DNA of 64,000 nucleotides, taken from positions 46,364 through 110,363 of the IMG/VR virus record IMGVR_UViG_3300033064_001806, one strand, 5' to 3'. This DNA is from a virus. Positions 56,552 to 64,000 of the stretch are shown in pieces. Under the pieces are notes generated by a model. It saw only the letters and a program-made list of their open reading frames with translations, made no database searches and had not been told where the DNA came from. The translations under genes and the position numbers were made by a program. Position 1 is the stretch's first letter. Every line of letters starts with the position of its first letter.

Positions 56552-56746
56552 ATGCGTAGTGCAATGAAAAATTTACAATGGTATTTGTTAGGATTGCATG
56601 ATTCAAAAGCAACGAGCGAAGAATGTAAAGAATTACTAAGTATGATTCTTGATAGGATAGCTGATGAATATATAAAACAAGAAGCAGAAATCATGCAAGA
56701 ACATGAAATGGATGATTATAATTTTTACCCGGACACAGATTTATGA
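56552..56746 (+). CDS. hypothetical protein
   Basis: AGGAG RBS. Confidence 0.5.
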   Translation: MRSAMKNLQWYLLGLHDSKATSEECKELLSMILDRIADEYIKQEAEIMQEHEMDDYNFYPDTDL

Positions 56747-57099
56747 ACAGACCTAAAACAATAATACTCGATATTGATGGTACATTGGTTGAACACGCTA
56801 TTCCAACTGATGCTCAAACATTTAGACACACCATGAAATTGTTACCTGGCACTATAGAAAAAATTCTTGAGTGGGATACGAAAGGGTACAATATTATTTT
56901 ACTAACAGGTAGAAGAGAAAGTGTGCGTAGGCAAACCGAAAGACAGTTGGATGAGGTTGGTATTATTTATGACCAACTAATAATGGGCGTTGGTGGTGGT
57001 GCAAGAGTTTTAATTAATGATAAGAAAGTAGATGGAACTTCAACTGCATTCTGTTTTAATCCAGATAGAAACGAAGGTATATCGGAGATTTCTATATGA
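56743..57099 (+). CDS. minimal HAD-superfamily phosphatase
   Basis: 'LDIDGTL', 'LTGR', 'LINDK'. Confidence 0.85.
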   Translation: MNRPKTIILDIDGTLVEHAIPTDAQTFRHTMKLLPGTIEKILEWDTKGYNIILLTGRRESVRRQTERQLDEVGIIYDQLIMGVGGGARVLINDKKVDGTSTAFCFNPDRNEGISEISI

Positions 57100-57167
57100 T
57101 AGAAGACTTTATTATTGGCGTAGGTATTATTAACGCTATTATATTTATGCTTATTTAGGATTTAGTT

Positions 57168-57500
57168 ATGATTACAAAAGAAAGTTTTATGTATTGGGCT
57201 GATGAATTAAATGAAGAAATCATTCGTCTTGGGCATGTTTCTAATTATATAAAAAAACTTTATTACTTAGAAGACAAAATAACTTCAGATTTACATGAAG
57301 ATTTGGATGATAAGGTAGATTTTGAAATTGAAAAGCGAATGATAATAACAGACTTTATTATGAATGCGATTGATGTGATTGATGGTTTTAAACATACACC
57401 GATTGGTACACTTTCAGTTACTCACTCAAGAATAAACGAAGATATACAAACGGAAATTAATTCCATATTAGATACAGAAAGTTCAATGAAAGAAAAATAA
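57168..57500 (+). CDS. hypothetical protein
   Basis: 110-aa ORF. Confidence 0.5.
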   Translation: MITKESFMYWADELNEEIIRLGHVSNYIKKLYYLEDKITSDLHEDLDDKVDFEIEKRMIITDFIMNAIDVIDGFKHTPIGTLSVTHSRINEDIQTEINSILDTESSMKEK

Positions 57501-57561
57501 ACATTTTATACTACCCTTATATTTATATACGTTATGTTATATATTCTTAGGATATAGTGTT

Positions 57562-58260
57562 ATGAATGAAAGGCACGGAAGACCGCCTATTAGTCTAACC
57601 GAATCTCAATTGCGTTATGCAATGGAAAACTCATTCGGTAATAAAGACGCTGCAAGATTTCTCAATATAGATTACCGTACATACAAAAAGTATGCTAAAA
57701 CATTTATTGATTCAGAAACAGATAAAACCTTATTTGAAATTCACTCCAAAGTTGGTGTAGGAATTAAGAAAATACAAAAGGATCATAAATGGAACGGTAA
57801 AAATTTTGATTGTAACAAAGGTTACACAGAAAGATTAGAGGATATATTGGATGGAAAACATCCAGGTTATGATTCAAAGAAACTACGAAAAAGATTATTA
57901 CTATCGGGTTGGGTCCCGTGTGTTTGCGCTGCTTGTGGATGGGACGAGCCAAGGATGACTGATGGTAATTATCCCCTATTGATAGACTTCATAGATAATA
58001 ACTGGATAAATACCACGTTAGAAAATCTAAGGTTACTTTGCTTTAATTGTTATTTTAACTTAGTTAGAACACCTTCAACTTCTTATCAGGGTTGGACTTA
58101 TGGAACTGCTAGTAAAATACCATGGTATGGTGAAAGCAGAAAACACGATGGTAGATATAGACGTAGGTTAGAAGAAAGAATAAAACAACAAGAAGAAAAG
58201 AAGAAAGCAGAACAAGAAAAGTTTTTTGATTGGAACGAAGAAAAACAATTGGATGTTTAA
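57562..58260 (+). CDS. HTH plus degenerate HNH zinc-finger protein
   Basis: 'KDAARFLNIDYRTYKKYA' HTH-like; 'CAACG...LLIDFIDNN....LENLRLLCFNCY'. Confidence 0.65.
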   Translation: MNERHGRPPISLTESQLRYAMENSFGNKDAARFLNIDYRTYKKYAKTFIDSETDKTLFEIHSKVGVGIKKIQKDHKWNGKNFDCNKGYTERLEDILDGKHPGYDSKKLRKRLLLSGWVPCVCAACGWDEPRMTDGNYPLLIDFIDNNWINTTLENLRLLCFNCYFNLVRTPSTSYQGWTYGTASKIPWYGESRKHDGRYRRRLEERIKQQEEKKKAEQEKFFDWNEEKQLDV

Positions 58261-58271
58261 ATTAAAATTAG

Positions 58272-58279
58272 TATATTTG
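58272..58279 (+). promoter_or_regulatory. -7 promoter element TATATTTG for groES-groEL
   Basis: Intergenic. Confidence 0.55.
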
Positions 58280-58304
58280 TAGATATTATTTAAGGAGACG
58301 TTAT

Positions 58305-58598
58305 ATGAGATTAGCACCATTGCAAGATCGTGTGGTTATTAGTCCTAGAAAAGAAAAAGAAGTTACCGTCGGTGGAATTATCCTACCAGAATCACAAGAA
58401 GCCGGTGCTGTAAGAGGAGAAATTATTGCAGTAGGTCCAGGTAAGAGAGACGATAAAGGAAATTTAATTCCAATGGAAACGAAGGTTGGTGATAAGGTTA
58501 TTTTTGGAACTAAACTTTATGGAACAACTATTGCCATGGATGGAGAAGAAGTTGTAGTAATGCATGAATCGAACATATTAGCAATTATAGAAAATTAA
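58305..58598 (+). CDS. groES: co-chaperonin GroES
   Basis: 'PLQDRVV', 'GGIILP', 'AVGPG', 'KVGDKV'. Confidence 0.95.
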   Translation: MRLAPLQDRVVISPRKEKEVTVGGIILPESQEAGAVRGEIIAVGPGKRDDKGNLIPMETKVGDKVIFGTKLYGTTIAMDGEEVVVMHESNILAIIEN

Positions 58599-58616
58599 TT
58601 TTAGGAGATTATATAA

Positions 58617-60245
<1,629 letters not shown>

Positions 60246-60254
60246 TTATAGAAT

Positions 60255-60282
60255 AAACCCCTTGGATTCAAGGGGTTTTTTG
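60255..60282 (+). terminator. intrinsic terminator
   Basis: AAACCCCTTG-gatt-CAAGGGGTTT followed by T-run. Confidence 0.85.
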
Positions 60283-60302
60283 TTTATATCATATTTATAG
60301 TT

Positions 60303-60533
60303 ATGATAAAACTACTAAACATATTAACCGAAATAAACTTGATTCTAAAAGATAGAAGAGGTTTGCCCATTGGTATAGTTTCAATAGATAAAGATAAAAA
60401 CCAAACTCTAAGAAATAGAGCAGGTAGAATTCTTGGCTATTATAATAGTAAGCAAAACATAACAAGAGATCATACTAAAACTATTGTTGGTAAAGGTAAT
60501 TTACTAACATACTTAATAATAATATATAAGTAA
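60303..60533 (+). CDS. small leader-tagged protein with short beta-hairpin repeats
   Basis: MIKLLNILTE; 'LKDRRGLPIG', 'LRNRAGRILG', 'TRDHTKTIVG'; ATATTTATA at 60291. Confidence 0.65.
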   Translation: MIKLLNILTEINLILKDRRGLPIGIVSIDKDKNQTLRNRAGRILGYYNSKQNITRDHTKTIVGKGNLLTYLIIIYK

Positions 60534-60537
60534 CGCC

Positions 60538-61317
60538 ATGTCAATACCATCATTAGCATCGTTAATAAAAAGAAGAGATTTAAGTGGAGTAGTATCTGAT
60601 ACTGTTTCATATTTGGCTTCTTATCAACAAAAGAAAGTTCTATTTTTAACTACATCAACACGTTATCCATTTAACACCGGATATGATAAAGGTGGTGTAG
60701 AAGATGAACTACCTAAGTCAACTGAACTTGCTTTATTTATTACAGATAATATACCGAACAAATCAAGTTGGATTGATATTCCTCAGCTCAAAATTGTATC
60801 ATGTGAAGGGAATGTATCACATAAAACTGGTAATTCATGTGGGGTAATGGATTCGGTACTTAAAGATAAAAAGAAGAATCCAAGTGGAAATCACAGATGC
60901 TGGGCAAGTGTTAATGATAAATCAGACCAACTTTGGAAAGTATCTGATGAAATATTCAATGCAGATATTATATTATTCTTTGGCTCTATTCGTTGGGGAC
61001 AAACAAATGCACAATATCAAAAGCTCATTGAACGCCTAACTTGGTTAGAGAATCGCCATACTTCATTGGGTGAATCGAATTTACTTATGGGAAAACAAGC
61101 AGGATTTATTTGTATAGGGCAAAATTGGAATGGAGCAAACGTAGTTGGTGTACAGAAAAATGTATTGAACTTCTTTGGATTTGATACACCTGATAATCTA
61201 TTTTGGAATTGGCAATATACAACCGATGTAAATGATGAAACTCAAGAATCATATAAAATGTCTGATAAACAATTTCATTTAGATTTGGGAATACCAATGG
61301 AGATAAATTATGATTAA
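60538..61317 (+). CDS. flavodoxin-like NADPH-dependent FMN reductase
   Basis: 'TTSTR...S..LA', 'CEG', 'ADIILF..SIRWG', 'GKQAG'. Confidence 0.75.
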   Translation: MSIPSLASLIKRRDLSGVVSDTVSYLASYQQKKVLFLTTSTRYPFNTGYDKGGVEDELPKSTELALFITDNIPNKSSWIDIPQLKIVSCEGNVSHKTGNSCGVMDSVLKDKKKNPSGNHRCWASVNDKSDQLWKVSDEIFNADIILFFGSIRWGQTNAQYQKLIERLTWLENRHTSLGESNLLMGKQAGFICIGQNWNGANVVGVQKNVLNFFGFDTPDNLFWNWQYTTDVNDETQESYKMSDKQFHLDLGIPMEINYD

Positions 61318-61903
61318 GTTAAAAAACTTATTAGAAAACATGATGAGTGAAGATATACACAAAATGACTGATAAGGTGAAAAACTTTAAGCAGTTTGTAA
61401 ATGAACAAAAAATAAACGAAGATTTAGATTTATCTAAAGATTACGCTATACGAAATTTGTTTAGTAACTACGAAAAACAATATGAAGATGAATATAACGA
61501 AGATAATTGGGTAAAATACCATTATGGTAGTGAACATAAAGGTGGAGTTGATGCACTTAAAGAATCACTTGAATTAATAGGTGATGGTGAGATAACCGAT
61601 AAAGGTAATAAAAGTTTTATGTATAAGGAAATGTTAAAGAATGATTCATTAATTTTAGTGGTTCACGGCAGTTTAACAAAATCACCTTATGGTGGTATGG
61701 AAGGATATAAATATAGTTTAGGTGTATATAGAAATAATCCAAGAACACAACAAATTGGTGGCGGTTATGGTGCAAGTGGCATAATGAGTATTGAACATAC
61801 TAGATTATTGTCTTATGATGACTCATATATGATATTGTACAATCGTAATATTATATCAAAAGTATGTGATGATATTAAAAAATATGCGGTGAAAAATTTT
61901 TAA
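61310..61903 (+). CDS. leader-tagged hypothetical protein
   Basis: First 32 aa nearly identical to those of 61996..62562. Confidence 0.65.
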   Translation: MIKLKNLLENMMSEDIHKMTDKVKNFKQFVNEQKINEDLDLSKDYAIRNLFSNYEKQYEDEYNEDNWVKYHYGSEHKGGVDALKESLELIGDGEITDKGNKSFMYKEMLKNDSLILVVHGSLTKSPYGGMEGYKYSLGVYRNNPRTQQIGGGYGASGIMSIEHTRLLSYDDSYMILYNRNIISKVCDDIKKYAVKNF

Positions 61904-61995
61904 AAAGTGTTGTATTTGATAAATTAGGAATATCCATAGACCTTTTACCTGGATGGAAATACTATAAGTATAGAAAAAATTATTGGAGATAGATT

Positions 61996-62562
61996 ATGAT
62001 TAAGTTAGTAGACTTATTAGAAAACATGATGAGTGAAGATATACACAAAATGACTGATAAGGTTAAAAACTTTAAGCAGTTTGTAAATGAGAATTTAAGT
62101 AAAGAAATAGACACAGACTTGCGTGAATATGCTCAAGAATTTGTTTCTGACGAGTATGATTCAGATTTTGAACAAGAAGAAGCGTTAGAAAATATTTATT
62201 CTTTTATAGATAGTAAGTTCCCGTGTGGATTACAAAATATGCCAAGTAGTATTTTATTATATAGAATTTTAGATGTTAATATTAAAGATTTGAATAAAAA
62301 AAATATAGGTCAGCATTTTGTTGGGGACAAAAACAAACTGAAAGATGAAGTTTTTTTGAATTCAATTGAATTTATTGATAAATCCGAACTTCCATATAAA
62401 GTAAAAGAATATGGTACTATAGTAACAGTATCGGTAAACTTTTCTGATATTGATTTGTATGAAACAATTAGGACAAAAGGAAATTATCTAAACGAATGTG
62501 AATATACTGTTCGTAATATGAATTATGTTATTAAAAATGTTGAAAAAGCTAAATTAAGATAA
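61996..62562 (+). CDS. leader-tagged protein, possible ADP-ribosyltransferase-like fold
   Basis: 'LLYR', 'IGQHF', C-terminal 'ECEY' (E-x-E) pattern. Confidence 0.5.
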   Translation: MIKLVDLLENMMSEDIHKMTDKVKNFKQFVNENLSKEIDTDLREYAQEFVSDEYDSDFEQEEALENIYSFIDSKFPCGLQNMPSSILLYRILDVNIKDLNKKNIGQHFVGDKNKLKDEVFLNSIEFIDKSELPYKVKEYGTIVTVSVNFSDIDLYETIRTKGNYLNECEYTVRNMNYVIKNVEKAKLR

Positions 62563-62642
62563 GGAGATTATAATATGATTAAGTTAGTAGAATTCTATTG
62601 GATGGGTAAATAATAGCACTTTGATTGTATTGAAAAAATCCT

Positions 62643-62689
62643 TATATTTGTTCTGTTAGATTAATAACAGCCAATTAAGGAAATAAGTT
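62643..62689 (+). promoter_or_regulatory. degenerate early promoter-leader cassette
   Basis: TATATTTGTTCTGTTAGATTAATAACAGCCAATTAAGGAAATAAGTT-ATG; TTTG about 20 nt upstream. Confidence 0.7.
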
Positions 62690-63010
62690 ATGAAAGTATA
62701 TGATGATTCTGTAAATATTAGTGATTACACTGGTCTACTTATTTACAAAGGACATGAGTTCGTTCGTGAAGACATTGAACAGATGTTTTCGGTATTAGGT
62801 AAAAACACTTCATTAAACGTAATGCGATTACAACAATCGAAATGGGATTGGTGGTATGACTCAGAACGTAATGTTATTACATTGCAAGAAGTTATAGATG
62901 ATAATGAATCGGAAAAAATTGAAATGTGTTATGATGATATGTTACATATACTTAACTTTATGGATGAACATCCAGATGTGATAGTTGCTTCATATAAAGA
63001 TTTCCAATAA
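62690..63010 (+). CDS. hypothetical early protein
   Basis: Follows the cassette. Confidence 0.6.
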   Translation: MKVYDDSVNISDYTGLLIYKGHEFVREDIEQMFSVLGKNTSLNVMRLQQSKWDWWYDSERNVITLQEVIDDNESEKIEMCYDDMLHILNFMDEHPDVIVASYKDFQ

Positions 63011-63036
63011 TGTTTTGTTTATATCCAACAATTCCT

Positions 63037-63098
63037 TATCTTTGTAATGTAAGATGATGAACAACCAATTAAAAACAACCAATTAAGGAAAATATTGT
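63037..63098 (+). promoter_or_regulatory. early promoter-leader cassette copy
   Basis: TATCTTTGTAATGTAAGATGATGAACAACCAATTAAAAACAACCAATTAAGGAAAATATTGT-ATG. Confidence 0.75.
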
Positions 63099-63296
63099 AT
63101 GAAACTATTTCAAACAGAAGAGATACATGGCGTGGTATCGTATGTAAATCCAGAATACATCATAGATATACGTGATAACTATAATAGACAAAAAATTTCA
63201 GTCGGTAGTAAGATTCATGTTCAAGGTGCTATGGTATCTACATTCTATGATGTTAGAACACCTGAAGAGATTGCTGAGATATTAAGGGCTTTATAG
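63099..63296 (+). CDS. small hypothetical protein
   Basis: 'YVNPEYI...V.TPEEI'. Confidence 0.6.
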   Translation: MKLFQTEEIHGVVSYVNPEYIIDIRDNYNRQKISVGSKIHVQGAMVSTFYDVRTPEEIAEILRAL

Positions 63297-63359
63297 TATT
63301 ACCACTAACGTTTTGCAGCTAACAGAAGGGCGGGAATTATTAACAAATTAAAATAAAAG

Positions 63360-63812
63360 ATGAAAGATTTGAGAAAGTTTATTAAGACAACAATACGAGA
63401 GTTTTTGAATGAAAACAATCAAAAGTATGAAGTTGTATATAGAGGACAACCTTCCGATGTGGAAGATATTTCACCAAGAGATTCTATTTGGGTTACTTAT
63501 GATTATGATTTTGCGAATGAATATGGAAATGTAAAAGAATACAAACTACCTAAAAATCTTAATATTTTAGATACTGATTATTATAGTGAGTGGGAAAGTT
63601 TGGTAGATGAATTTGATGAAAACGGTGACTATGATGAATATAAATATGAACCAACAGATGAATTTATATTGTTTTTAAGTTCAAAAAAATATAATGGATT
63701 TATGAATGGTGATAATATTTTGATATTTAATAAAGCTTCATTTTATAAACAAATGCTTGTGCAGCCATTTTTGTTAGGTGCTGTTATAGGTAGTAAAATT
63801 TACGGATTATGA
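63360..63812 (+). CDS. leader-tagged ADP-ribosyltransferase-like (ART-PolyVal-like) protein
   Basis: Leader 'LRKFIKTTIREFLNE'; 'VYRGQ', 'IWVT....A..YG.V', 'NILD', 'YNG'. Confidence 0.55.
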   Translation: MKDLRKFIKTTIREFLNENNQKYEVVYRGQPSDVEDISPRDSIWVTYDYDFANEYGNVKEYKLPKNLNILDTDYYSEWESLVDEFDENGDYDEYKYEPTDEFILFLSSKKYNGFMNGDNILIFNKASFYKQMLVQPFLLGAVIGSKIYGL

Positions 63813-64000
63813 AAGTAGAAACTAAAGAAAATCAGATTATTTTGAAAGAGGTGTATAATTCAATTACACTTGAAACACGAGAAGGAAAGCAATTACATAT
63901 CTGTATGAGAGATATGGGATTTGAAATGAAGATTGATGATGGTGAGTGGCACTTGCTAACTAATGAATCTGATTTTCTGATTAAACCAAAAGGATTTCAA
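63809..64000 (+). CDS. 3'-truncated hypothetical protein
   Basis: ATG overlapping the previous stop; open to the end of the window. Confidence 0.5.
   Translation, partial: MKVETKENQIILKEVYNSITLETREGKQLHICMRDMGFEMKIDDGEWHLLTNESDFLIKPKGFQ

Overview
AT-rich, gene-dense, almost entirely plus-strand segment of a large T4-like/jumbo dsDNA bacteriophage, read in the standard genetic code. The host is probably in the Bacteroidota/Chlorobi-Ignavibacteria group, judged from TAnnTTTG promoters, a T9SS C-terminal-domain gene and a GroEL of that type. The window holds a replication/recombination module (gp32-like SSB, UvsX/RecA, 5'-3' exonuclease, DnaB helicase, class II RNR, thioredoxin, PolB, clamp, clamp loader, plus a short PolA), a 12-kb glycosylation island, GroES/GroEL, a block of small early genes behind a repeated promoter-leader cassette, and many small proteins sharing an N-terminal M-x-K-L-x-x-(I/L)-(L/I)-x-E leader. 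Most notable: (1) a putative novel cytosine-modification operon (atypical dCMP-type thymidylate-synthase homolog, asparagine-synthase-like amidotransferase, PLP fold-II enzyme, dUTPase); (2) a leader-tagged T3-type SAM lyase in a genome that also encodes MetK and two SAM-dependent DNA methyltransferases, suggesting a destroy-then-rebuild SAM switch; (3) a library of putative capsid-packaged effectors (ART-like, DHH, ParB, hydrolase) with swappable leaders, one of them bracketed by a split attC-like inverted repeat. All functional calls come from motif recognition by eye; no database searches were run.
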